Assembly: GCA_964016885.1 (NCBI GenBank)
Contig: OZ024740.1
Span: 261,144,001 to 261,208,000, forward strand
Length of the DNA: 64,000 nt
Direction of reading: 5' to 3'
Source: Eledone cirrhosa
Taxonomy: Eukaryota
In this document: positions 39,298 to 51,234 of the stretch, one piece after another
How positions within the stretch are numbered: the first letter of the stretch is position 1
Layout: each line of letters begins with the position of its first letter
Notes under the pieces: model-generated
Databases searched by the model: none
Seen by the model: the letters and a program-made list of their open reading frames with translations, nothing else
Told to the model about the DNA's origin: nothing
Position numbers and translations under genes: made by a program

Positions 39298-39633
39298 AGG
39301 CACATGGCTCAGTGGTTAGAGCATTGGCCTTGCAATCGAAAAGTTGTGAGTTCAATTCTCAGACCGGGTGATGTGTTGTTTCCTTGAGCAAGACACTTTA
39401 TTTCACATTGCTCCAGTTTACTCAGCTGTAGAAATGAGATGATAGGGACTGGAGTCCCTATCATTCCACTGCAAAGTGGTCGTGGAGGTGCCACGCCAAA
39501 AAAAGCACCCAGCACTCACTGTAAATGAGTTTGGTTTTAGGAAGGGCATCCAGCTGTAGAAATCAAGCCAGAATCAGTTACCGTCCCACCCTTGCAAGCA
39601 GGGAAAAGCGGACATAAAATGAAATGATGATGA
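39296..39633 (+). mobile_element. tRNA-derived SINE family B (CORE-like centre, RTE 3' tail)
   Basis: A box tggctcagtgg, B box gagttcaattc, ccttgagcaagacactttatttcac centre, tail matching 42790-43050, (GAT)n. Confidence 0.88.
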
Positions 39634-39734
39634 TATGTATGTATGTATATGTATGTATATATGTATTTATATATATATATATATATGTATGTATATGTAT
39701 GTATATATGTATATGTATGTATATATATATATGT

Positions 39735-42700
39735 ATGTAGGCTCAATGAAAGGAAGAGCAGGAGAAATCGTAGAAATGCTAGAGCGAAAGGAAGTTGATG
39801 TATGCTGTGTGCAAGAGACTAGATGGAGAGGAGGGTCTGCTAGAGTCCTTGTAGGAAAAAGCCAGTGCTACAAATTTTTCTGGGTGGGAAATGACGATGG
39901 GATGGGTGGTGTAGGTATACTATTAGCTGACAAGTGGGTAGATAAAGTAATCTCAGTGTACAGGGTAAATGCAAGAATCATTAAACTCAGACTAGTCCTG
40001 AATAAGACAATTACCACAATAATATCAGCTTACGCACCCCAATCGGGGCTGCCAGACGAACTTAAGGATAGGTTTTACGAGTCCCTAATACACACTACTG
40101 CTCTAACAGACGACAAGGACTTCCTAATCATTGCAGGAGATTTTAATGGACACGTAGGTAAACACTGCGACGGCTTCAATAGAGTACATGGAGGTCATGG
40201 AGTTGGCACAAGGAATGAGGAAGGATTCAGACTTCTAGAATTCTGCGACGCCAATGACATGTCGATATGTAACACAAACTTTAAAAAACCCGACAACCAC
40301 CTGATCACCTATAGATCAGGGGAGCACTCTAGTCAGTTAGATTTTATCCTCATCAGAGGACGTGACAGATGGACGGTCGTAAACACAAAAGCCTTCCCTA
40401 GTGAGGAATGTACATCCCAACATAGCTTAGTTGTCAGCGACCTCACGGTCAGAACTAGACGAGCCCTGAAACAGAGGCCAACCTGGAGAAGAAAGATCTG
40501 GAAGCTGAAAGTCCCCTCAACCAGTAACAGATTTAAAGATATTTTACTCAACGCCTACGACAGTAAAGAAGAACAGATAGAGACATTTAACGTAGAAGAG
40601 AACTGGGAGTTCCTAAAAAATAACTTACTAGAGGCGACGGATGAGGTTTGTGGCTGGAGTAAGACCTCAAGCAGGAGGAGAGTGACTTGGTGGTGGAACA
40701 ATAAGGTAGATGAAGCAGTCAAGGCCAAGAGACAGGCATGGAAAGAATGGAAGAACGGGGGGAGCAGGGTACATTACATAGAGACCAAGAGGGAAGCTAG
40801 GCGACAAGTATACTTAGCTAGGAGGGAAGCAGAGGATAGAAAATTCAAGCATGTTTTACAACGTGAGGACCAGAAACAGGAGGTATTCAAGATTGCGAGG
40901 CAGTGTGTCAGAGATAGTTGTGATGTCATTGGAGAGAAGTGTATCCGGAATGATAAAGGTGAGCTTGCCCTCACAAGTGCTGAGAAGAAAGATGCATGGA
41001 AGAGTCATTATGATAGATTACTAAATGAGGAGAATGCATGGGAAGAAGAGACCCTACCCCACGTAGACCCTATAGAGGGACCAGCAGTACAAGTCAGCGG
41101 CAGCGTAGTAAGTAAGGCAATCAGAGATATGAAGATAGGGAAGGCAACCAGTCCATCGGGTATAGCTGCCGAGATGCTGAAGGCATCTGGGTCTGTAGGT
41201 CACACTATAACCACACGTATCGTTAACCAGGTAATACTAGAGGGGGCCATACCAAAAGATTGGTGCAGTAGCATCATTGTCAACTGCTACAAAGGTAAAG
41301 GCGATGCACTAGATAGAGGAAACTATAGAGGTATAAAGTTGATGGACCAGGTCATGAAAGTAACAGAAAGAGTTATAGCACAGCTGATTAGGGACCGGGT
41401 GAATATAGACGAGATGCAATTTGGGTTTGTACCAGGGAAAGGCACCACTGATGCCCTCTTCCTTGTGAGGCAATTACAGGAAAAGTACCTAGCTAAAAGT
41501 AAGCCACTCTACTTGGCATTTGTCGACCTTGAGAAAGCCTTTGACAGAGTTCCACGTGCAGTAATCTGGTGGGCTCTTAGAAAACTAGGAGTAGATGAAT
41601 GGCTTGTGAAAGCGGTACAAGCCATGTATAGGGGAGCAGTCAGCAAAGTTAGGATTGGCAATGGGTATAGCGAGGAATTTAGCGTACAGGTTGGGGTCCA
41701 CCAGGGCTCTGTTCTTAGCCCTCTCCTGTTCATCATAGTCCTGCAGGCAATAACGGAGGAGTTTAAGACCGGATGCCCATGGGAACTCCTGTATGCTGAT
41801 GACCTCGCACTCATAGCTGAATCTATGGTAGAACTAGAGAATAAATTCCAAACCTGGAAGCAGGGACTAGAGAGAAAGGGCCTCAAAGTCAACATGACAA
41901 AGACTAAGGTCCTTATAAGTAGACGAGAAAACAGAACCCAGATCCCCTCAGGGAAATGGCCTTGCTCAGTATGTAGGAAAGGTGTAGGTAGGAACTCCAT
42001 TCTCTGCCCCAAATGCAAACAATGGGTACACAAGAGATGTAGCGGGATCTCAGGAAGCTTAATTAAGAATGTAGGATTCACATGCAGCAGCTGTGCTGAA
42101 ACAGCAAGCAAACAGCCACAGGAAACAAGTACCACCAATCTCTGGGAGGGCCCTGTAGAAACAGTAGACAGCTTCTGCTACCTAGGTGACCGAATTAGCA
42201 ACGGAGGTGGGTGCTCAGAAAGTACAATAACTAGGGTAAGAACGGGATGGAAGAAGTTTAGGGAACTACTACCACTGCTAGCTGCAAAAGGCTTCTCCCT
42301 CAGAATGAAAGGCAGACTGTATGATGCGTGTATCCGAACAGCGATGTTGCATGGTAGTGAGACCTGGGCGCTGAAGGTGGAAGACTTACGTAGATTAGAG
42401 AGAAACGAAGCCTGCATGCTCCGATGGATGTGTAACAGTAATATACGTGAACGACAAAGCATAAAGGAATTGAGAGAGAGACTGAGCATAAGAGGAATCA
42501 AATGCTGCGTGCAGGAGAGGCGGTTACGCTGGTATGGACATGTGATGCGTATGAAGGATGACAGCTGCATAAAAAGGTGCAGAGCACTAGAAGTTGATGG
42601 AAACCGCGGAGTGGGGAGACCCAAGATGACTTGGGATGAGGTGATAAAAGCCGACCTTACCCAACTACACCTCTCAAAGTCAATGACACACGACCGTGAC

Positions 42701-43051
42701 TTCTGGCGTCACGCAGTAATACAGGGTACCCGACCTCCCATGGGTACATGCTGAAGCATATAAACAATATGCCCCCCCCCCCCCCACCGCAAGGTGGTCG
42801 TGGAGGTGCCACGGCAAAAAAGCACCCAGCCCACACTGTAAAGTGGACGTGTAGGCGCCACGAAAAAGCACCCAGCACTCACTGTAAATGAGGTTGGTGT
42901 TAGGAAGGGCATCCAGCTGTAGAAATCAAGCCAGATCAGTTCCTGTATGAGCAAGGCATGGTCAGCCGACCAGACACTGCCCACAACAGGACAACCCGTC
43001 TAACCCATGCTAGCGTGGAAGAACGGACGTAAAACGGTGATGATGATGATG
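39735..43051 (+). mobile_element. Near full-length RTE LINE (PHD family) lacking its extreme 5' end
   Basis: Uninterrupted EN-RT ORF, ~300-bp 3' UTR, (GAT)n tail, flanked by TA/TATG microsatellite. Confidence 0.95.
39746..42754 (+). CDS. RTE ORF: APE endonuclease plus reverse transcriptase with inserted PHD finger
   Basis: CVQETRW, SAYAPQ, AGDFNGHVG, QLDFIL, SQH; NYRGIKL, QLQEK, DLEKAFD, QGSVLSP, YADD, C4HC3, FCYLG. The ORF-track N-terminus (39635-39734) is microsatellite. Confidence 0.9.
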   Translation: MKGRAGEIVEMLERKEVDVCCVQETRWRGGSARVLVGKSQCYKFFWVGNDDGMGGVGILLADKWVDKVISVYRVNARIIKLRLVLNKTITTIISAYAPQSGLPDELKDRFYESLIHTTALTDDKDFLIIAGDFNGHVGKHCDGFNRVHGGHGVGTRNEEGFRLLEFCDANDMSICNTNFKKPDNHLITYRSGEHSSQLDFILIRGRDRWTVVNTKAFPSEECTSQHSLVVSDLTVRTRRALKQRPTWRRKIWKLKVPSTSNRFKDILLNAYDSKEEQIETFNVEENWEFLKNNLLEATDEVCGWSKTSSRRRVTWWWNNKVDEAVKAKRQAWKEWKNGGSRVHYIETKREARRQVYLARREAEDRKFKHVLQREDQKQEVFKIARQCVRDSCDVIGEKCIRNDKGELALTSAEKKDAWKSHYDRLLNEENAWEEETLPHVDPIEGPAVQVSGSVVSKAIRDMKIGKATSPSGIAAEMLKASGSVGHTITTRIVNQVILEGAIPKDWCSSIIVNCYKGKGDALDRGNYRGIKLMDQVMKVTERVIAQLIRDRVNIDEMQFGFVPGKGTTDALFLVRQLQEKYLAKSKPLYLAFVDLEKAFDRVPRAVIWWALRKLGVDEWLVKAVQAMYRGAVSKVRIGNGYSEEFSVQVGVHQGSVLSPLLFIIVLQAITEEFKTGCPWELLYADDLALIAESMVELENKFQTWKQGLERKGLKVNMTKTKVLISRRENRTQIPSGKWPCSVCRKGVGRNSILCPKCKQWVHKRCSGISGSLIKNVGFTCSSCAETASKQPQETSTTNLWEGPVETVDSFCYLGDRISNGGGCSESTITRVRTGWKKFRELLPLLAAKGFSLRMKGRLYDACIRTAMLHGSETWALKVEDLRRLERNEACMLRWMCNSNIRERQSIKELRERLSIRGIKCCVQERRLRWYGHVMRMKDDSCIKRCRALEVDGNRGVGRPKMTWDEVIKADLTQLHLSKSMTHDRDFWRHAVIQGTRPPMGTC

Positions 43052-44244
43052 TATATATATATGTACGTATATATGTATGTATATATGTATGTATGTGTAT
43101 ATATATATAAGGATAAGAAATTGAAAATGTAACTGGAGTCTATTAAGAATATTTATTTATTTACTTTACCGGTTTCACAGTTCTTATTTTCAAAAGTAAA
43201 ATTGTGATGGAGGGTTTCTTTTGTGGTTTGTTTTCTATTTTGGTCAAAATTTCTTTCTGTTTTATAAGAAAAATGTGACTGAAATTGCTGGGTTTTTTTT
43301 AAATGTACTTTGGTTGGTTGATGACTGTGAATTAAATTTCACACTTGTTCTGGTTGAATGTTCTTACTCTATTTGCCATTTCATTTGTTGGTCATAGTCA
43401 AGTGATTGGGCATATAATATAGGCTCCAGAAATGGGTGGTTAGTCATAGAAAGTTTTGTGTCAAACATGGTCAAGAAATAGGAAGGGGAGAATTAGTTCT
43501 GGTTCAGTGAGTATGGCTGATGTTGTGCTGCGGTGTCAATCAAAATTCAGATTTTCTACCAAAATAAATTGAATGTTTTGACGAAGGTGATGGTGGTGGC
43601 AGAGTTGAAAAGAAAAATATTTTTTTTATTTGTGTGCATGTGTGTAGCAAAGCAGTTTATCTTCTTGATAATAGAAATAAAATTGATTCCATTCATAGAA
43701 ATGCAGAAGGGTGTTATGTGTATATGTGTATATGTGTGTGTGTGTGTGTGTGAGGAGGGGAGGGGTATGGCTAGCATGTTAAGATGTTAAAATATTAATG
43801 TAGTTAAAGTATATTTATCTCTGGTCTTTTATTTTTGAATATGGAGAAGGGTGTTATGTGTGTGTAGGTATATGTGTGTGTGTGTGTGTGGATGGATAGC
43901 ATGTTATGGTGTTAACATATTAACGTATATTAAACTAATTAATACTGGTCTATATTTTTGGATAAACATATTTTCATTATTTATTTATTTATTCGTATTT
44001 GGTCTGTTGTATTGTCAGAGCAAAGATAAAGTGGAAAGACTTGAGAGTTGGGTGTCTTGTTTGCACATATGTCTAGATATCCACTGAGTGGTATCTGTCT
44101 TGTGGTAGGTTCTCGCAATTTTTGGCAATTAATTGTCATTCTGTTTCTGAGGGTGAGTTTAGTTTGCCCTGCATAATCTTCATTATATTTAATGGCATAA
44201 ACTAAATTATTTTTTACAACAAAATTTTTTCCTGATTAAAATGT

Positions 44245-45710
44245 ATGCATTGTCGACACCAACTTGCATCTCCTCTTGCTAATCTGTGGAGGAACTCACT
44301 GGATACTGGCTATATTCCTGAAAACTTTCTGTCCTAGTCTTCAAAAAGGGAAATAAGTCCCTTGCAGTGAACTACCGTCCGATCTCACTCACCTCTCATA
44401 TTATCAAGGTATTTGAGAGGGTGGTGAGATCACAAATAACCCACTTTCTTGAAAGCAACGGCCTGCTGAACTCCAACCAACATGGGTTCCGTAATGGAAG
44501 GGACTGCCTAACGCAGCTCCTGTATTACTTTGACAATGTTTTGAGAGCCTTGGGAGAGGGCTCCAACACTGATGTCATCTACCTTGATTTCAGCAAGGCC
44601 TTTGACAGGGTTGATCATAAAATTCTACTGAAAAAACTATGCAATATTGGTGTCTCTGGAAAGTTACTACAGTGGATCAAATGTTTTCTGACAGACAGAA
44701 CCCAACATGTTGTAGTCGAAGGAGTAAAATCAAGCCCTGCCAAAGTCAGCAGTGGCGTCCCACAAGGCATTGTGTTGGGCCCACTTCTTTTCAACATCTA
44801 CATTAATGACATTACTGACATCATCAAGCATAGCAACATAAGAATCTTCTCAGATGATTCCAAGCTCCAAAGGGTCATCAATGAGGTGGGTGACCAGACT
44901 TGCCTTTAGTCAGACCTACTGGCTGTTATCCAATGGGCAGAAAAGAACAATATGCTGTTGAATGAGGATAAGTTTGAGTTAATCCACTTTGGAAAAAAGG
45001 ATGCCCTGAAACTCCCATACTCTCTTCCTTCAGGTGAAACTCTCGTGGCATCCAACAGCATCAGAGACCTGGGAGTAATTGTGGACAACAACATAAGCTG
45101 GGCCATTCATATAAACAGCAAAGTTGACATGGCCCGCAGAATGTGTTCCTGGATTCTCAGAATCTTCCAGTTGAGAGATATCCACACTTATCCTTCTCTT
45201 CTCCACTTTTGCCCGACCCCTCCTTGAATACTGTTGTCCACTGTGGTCTCCCACACGAAACAAAGTATCATGAAAGTTAAAGCACCCCAAAGATCAATTA
45301 CAAAAAAGATAGGTGGCATGACAGGCCTTGACTGGAGTCGATTAGAAAAACTCAACCTTTATTCTCTCCAACGTCGCTGTGAGAGCTACATTATCTGCAT
45401 GATGTGGAAAATATTCCATTGGCTTTCCCCAAATGATGTTGGCATCACCTGTAATGTACACCCAAGGCTTGGGCCCCGTGCTATCTGCCCACAACAAAAT
45501 TCTCACTCGCATCTCATGACAACAATGTGGCACAATTATTTCACCTCAATTGGCCTCGCTCTCTTTAACATTACACCAAAACACATTAAAACAGAAACAG
45601 ACCCCATCAAGTCTTGGGACAAATTCCTTCAAGAAATCCCGGATAAGTCTCTGTAAACCAGGTGGTGCTAATAAGTTAGACATGGCCTGGCCCAATACTG
45701 GTCGAAACCT
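44245..45710 (+). mobile_element. Degraded CR1/Jockey-group LINE RT region
   Basis: NYRPISLTSHIIKVFER, QHGFR, IYLDFSKAFDRVDH, SGVPQG, FSDD, RDLGV, LEYCCPLWSP, SLQRR. Confidence 0.88.
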
Positions 45711-45871
45711 ATCAAAGTTATATATATATATTTATATTCAAAGGGTATATATATATACTTAGACATAGTCACAGATTCATATATGAGTTTGGCAACCATT
45801 CACGGTGTGGCTCAATGAAGAATGAATTAAGCAAATAATTATTAATCAGAGCTATATATATATATATAAAT

Positions 45872-46760
45872 ATATATAAAAATGTAAGTCCAAAGAACCA
45901 TTAGATAAACTATATACAGTATTTCCTCTCCTAATCAGCATAAATCAACCACATAAAAGATCATTTAAACGAGACTATAAGTTTAAAATGTACTTATGAA
46001 GAAACAATAGCCAAATGATACAGATTATTTTCCGTGACGTCCATATGACACTTATCTAATTATTTCTTTTAGCCTGTAGAAATTGAGTAGACAAATAGTT
46101 AACTACACGGAATTAGGTACAAAATAGAAATTTGAAGAAAAAATGCACATAAATATTACCAAATTTCTCTTAGTCTCTACCAACTGGTGATTTCGTTCCG
46201 CTTTTTGGATATATCCAGTCTTGGATAAATCCACGAGCGGTGGAACTCATCAGGAGATACCCCAGACTGGACTAAGTTTCTTCTACCATGATCTCCACCA
46301 GAAATGAATTCAAAATGGCTAAGAACTATCACGTGGCTAACGTTCAAGGCAGAAAGTTTGTGATTGGTGCCTGTCGGCGAGTAGGCTGGCTGCTAGAAAG
46401 TGCAGCCGAATACTGCCTAAAGTTTTACTCAACCTTACGGGAGTATATATTAAATTCAAAGGGTATATATATATATATACTTAGAATATTTATGTGCATT
46501 TTTTCTTCAAACTTCTATTTTGTACCTAATTCCGTATAGTTAACTATTTGTCTACTCAATTTCTACAGGCTAAAAGAAATAATTAGATAAGTGTCATATG
46601 GACATCACGGAAAATAATCTGTATCATTTGTCTATTGTTTCTTCATAAGTATATTTTAAACTTATAGCCTCATTTAAATGATTTTTTATGAAGTTGATTT
46701 ATGCTGATTAGGAGAGGAAATACTGTATATAGTTTATCTAATGGTTCTTTGGACTTACAT

Positions 46761-46770
<10 letters not shown>
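45872..46770. mobile_element. Element with ~285-bp inverted arms (45872-46157 / 46485-46770) in TA tracts; spacer carries a hammerhead
   Basis: Arms are near-perfect reverse complements; a further direct copy of the right arm end lies at ~47357-47470. Confidence 0.85.
46169..46276 (-). ncRNA. Type I hammerhead ribozyme fold
   Basis: CUUAGUC..UCUC-CUGAUGA-GUUCC...GGAAC-GAAA-UCA ccagu UGG-UA-GAGACUAAG; canonical core, GUA triplet, extended stems I and II. Confidence 0.75.
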
Positions 46771-46795
<25 letters not shown>

Positions 46796-46837
46796 CGAAA
46801 ACATAAGTCAATTGCATGAACTCATAATCCTTTATTT

Positions 46838-46893
46838 ACTGCTATATATATTTCGATGATAGCCATTGAATGGCTATGACCTCATCAGGCAGT
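46838..46893 (-). ncRNA. Type I hammerhead ribozyme fold
   Basis: ACUGC-CUGAUGA-GGUcAUAGCCAUU c AAUGGCUAUcAUC-GAAA-UAUAUA-UA-GCAGU; canonical core, 5-bp stem I, palindromic stem III. Confidence 0.8.
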
Positions 46894-47512
46894 TAGTCAG
46901 TTCTTAGATATGCCAGCTCTGTGTTTATAGTGTTGATGGTATCAGAGCCTTGGGACATATAAGCTTGTTAGGAATAATTTAATCTTGTCAGCAGGAATAG
47001 TCTTAATTCTCATTGGTCAGTTTGTAGGTGCTAGTAGAGTTGGTATTTGACCTCAAAGAGGCAGGTGGTGTTGTAAAGTTCAAACCGTCAGGCAAGATAA
47101 CTAGTTCCATATGACTGATTTTCACAAAAAGCATTCCTGGTCAGATATATATTCAATTAAGGTTAATAGTATGAAATAGATACTACAGGTCATTTTTAAT
47201 TTGAGGAATTTATGTGGAGTGGTGCTATTGAAAATTATGGTTAGAGTAGAAAATTTACTTATGTAGGTTGGCTTGCACGTACACTCACACCCACCTCCAC
47301 AGACACACACGCCACATCCACACATACAAATTGAGGAATTAATGTGGGGTGGTAATACTTAAACTTATAGTCTCATTTAAATGATTTTTTATGTGGTTGA
47401 TTTATGCTGATTAGGAGAGGAAATACTGTATATATTTTATCTAATGGTTCTTTGTCTTACATTTTCATATATATATATATAAAAGTGGTTACACAACAGT
47501 TAGTTCACCATA

Positions 47513-47552
47513 CCGAGAACAATTGTTTCACCTTCGCGGATCTTCAGTTCGG
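47513..47552 (-). ncRNA. Minimal type I hammerhead fold
   Basis: CCGAA-CUGAAGA-UCC gcgaa GGU-GAAA-CAAUUG-UU-CUCGG; canonical core, palindromic stem III, mismatches next to the core. Confidence 0.6.
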
Positions 47553-47894
47553 GATGTGTATGGTTATAGGAACAGGAAGGACAACCGTACGAACGCGCAT
47601 GCGCAGAAACTCGGTCACTTCACACAGGCAATACTAGACTGTGTAAGGGAGATAACTGCGAAAGTCCGGAAAGTTTTTAGGTTGAAAATAAAATTACAAA
47701 GAATCAGTCCGGAACCTTGTAGTTATGCAATAGATGTTTGGTGATGTGTGGACGACGTGTGAAAAATTCACTGTTTAGGCAATCACTATTGCGTAATCTC
47801 TTTAGGATAGTTATTCGTTTGTCGATACATAAGCCACACGTCGGATTTCCCCTTGCGTAAAGTTTTCAACTGAAGAAGGTTTAATGCCAAAACA

Positions 47895-49161
<1,267 letters not shown>

Positions 49162-49407
49162 ATAATATATATATGTATATAATATATGTACCTAATATAT
49201 TAGAAGAAAAAAGCAAAATATGTTTTATAGAAATTTTTTATTCTAAATTCCATTTATTCTTCAATTGCGGTACATGAAATCAATTCTGAATTCATAATAC
49301 AAAAATAAATAAATAAATAAACAAATAAAATAATAATAATAAACGAAAATACAAAATTTACCACTTTTATGAAGGGAGATAAATTCTATCACATATGTTA
49401 AAGGAAA

Positions 49408-49875
49408 TTACGTAAGAGCTTCTGGGTAAACAACATTCTTTGTTTTCTGATTTGGAGCATAGACAAATAAGTCTTGTAAACTACCCACCCTGGAGCAACC
49501 AACATAAAGTTGACCATGAGAAAAGCAAGTTTCAATTAAGTGCAAGCCAGTAGATTTCAAAGTCTGTCCTTGAGCTTCATTAATAGACATTGTGAAGCAA
49601 AGTCACACTGGGAATTATGTCCGTTTGAACTCAAATGGCATGTCTGTTGGTTTGACTGGAATTCTTGGAATGAAAACCTTTTCCCCAGAAGCACATCCAG
49701 TGATGATGGTAGCTTCTATCACTTTAGGTGATAATGTCTTCACAATCAACCTTGTCCCATCGCATAATTTAGAAGGATCTAAATTTCTTAGAAGCATTAT
49801 AAGGACTCCAACCTTCAGGAAAAGTTTATGTGAAGGAGTTCCACGTGGCTCAAGAGAATCAAGGAACTCTGTTGA
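49408..49875 (-). mobile_element. Helitron RepHel C-terminal PIF1-like helicase fragment (pseudogenised)
   Basis: EFLDSL..LKVG..IMLLRNL..LCDGTRL..VFIPRI; MSINEAQGQTL; FSHGQLYVGCSRV; TKNVVYPEAL. Confidence 0.9.
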
Positions 49876-50066
49876 ACGTCGGATAGAATGCTTTATGGTA
49901 TTCGTTCCAGCTCTCTGCTCTCGGACTTCAAATCCCGTCGAGGTCAAATCCCACTGAGGTCAACTTTGCCTTTCATCCTTTCGAGGTCGATAAAATAAAG
50001 TACCAGTAATGCACTGCGATAATTGCTGACCTTGTGTTAAAAGTAGAAACAATTATTATTATTATT

Positions 50067-50620
50067 GTTCTTTGAGTCCCAGTCATTGATGTTATTTAAC
50101 TGGAAAGTTTGTTGAAATGAATATCAAGCCACTACCTGCAGCCTCAGATATTCAGGACGTATCGGAGGGTTCTTGCTGTTCCCAGCAAGCATGCTCTTTG
50201 AAGTGTTCCAAAAAGCGGGGCTGGACTAATCTTCTTTAACCATTATTGGAAACTCTTTGAGATAGTACCTAGTGCGCCTATGACAATCGGGACGACCTTG
50301 ATTTCATGGCAGTTCCAAATCCTTTTTAACTCCCACTTTAAATCCTGTATCCGGTTAATTTTCTCCCTCTCCTTTTCTTGCACTCTCGTGTCAAATAGGC
50401 AGGCTACATCTACAATCAGGCACGATCTTTTTTCCTTGTCCAAAACCACCAGGTCAGGTCTATTGTGTTCCAGTTTCTTATCCGTCTGCATCCTAAAATC
50501 CCACAGCACCTTCACCTGATCGTTTTCTATCACCGACTCTGGCTTATGCTCATACCACTTCTCAGAATATAGTAAATTGTTTACTTTGCATAGGTGCCAG
50601 TGGATCATCCTGCTTATCAC
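50067..50620 (-). mobile_element. R4/Dong-type restriction-like-endonuclease LINE 3' fragment
   Basis: VLWDF..TD..LEHNRPDLVV..IVDVA..EKINR..VVPIVIGALG; 3' end runs into (TAA)n. Confidence 0.85.
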
Positions 50621-50628
50621 TATTATTA

Positions 50629-51228
50629 TCTATATATCTAAAACAGAGAATGTCTGTCTGTCTGCCTGTCTGCCTGACTCCCTAAAACTCGAGAACCACT
50701 CAACCGATTGTTTTCAAACATTACACATGTAATACGTATGGTCCTGTGAGTGTTTTGAGCATTTCAAATTTTCAATGCCCTATAATTCTTAGTCTTTCTT
50801 TTTAAATAGATACAGAGATATAAGGTTGCGCCATTATAATATCTGTCTGTATGTCTGGCTGTCTGCATTACGACATTATGACGCTATATCTGTGTGTGTG
50901 TGTATATATGTATATATAGTGTGTGTGTATATATATACATAGTATGTAACGTTTTTCGAAATATGTATTTCTGCGTTCACAGATTGATTTTTTTAGTTTC
51001 AGAAGATTCCGTTAAGGGTGAAAGCAGCGAATCTTTGCTTAAACTTTAATCTGTTATTTAATATATATATATATATATATTATATATTCGTGTACAAATA
51101 TTTTTGCATACATAATAACAAAATATAAACAAACGTATTTATTTCACGAGGCTCGATAAGGATAAATATATATCAAATATATAAGAACCCTAGAGCAAAT
51201 CCCGAGCAACGCCGGGCCATTCTGCTAG
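50629..51228 (+). mobile_element. Non-autonomous Helitron, 600 bp
   Basis: A|TC 5' end, (TCTG)n near the 5' end, subterminal hairpin cccgagcaacgccggg, CTAG|T 3' end. Confidence 0.8.
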
Positions 51229-51234
51229 TTATTA

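Noticed and set aside
39635-39734. N-terminal 'MYVCICMYI...' of the 1039-aa ORF (likewise MYIYILY of the 1132-aa ORF)
   Set aside because: Microsatellite read-through, not element sequence
41509-42624. Antisense ORFs overlapping the LINE ORFs
   Set aside because: Shadow frames of RT coding sequence with no recognisable motifs
49408-49947. Host PIF1 helicase gene
   Set aside because: Intronless, contains stops, ends in the Helitron-typical TKNVVYPEAL, and the ORF start lies in a SINE
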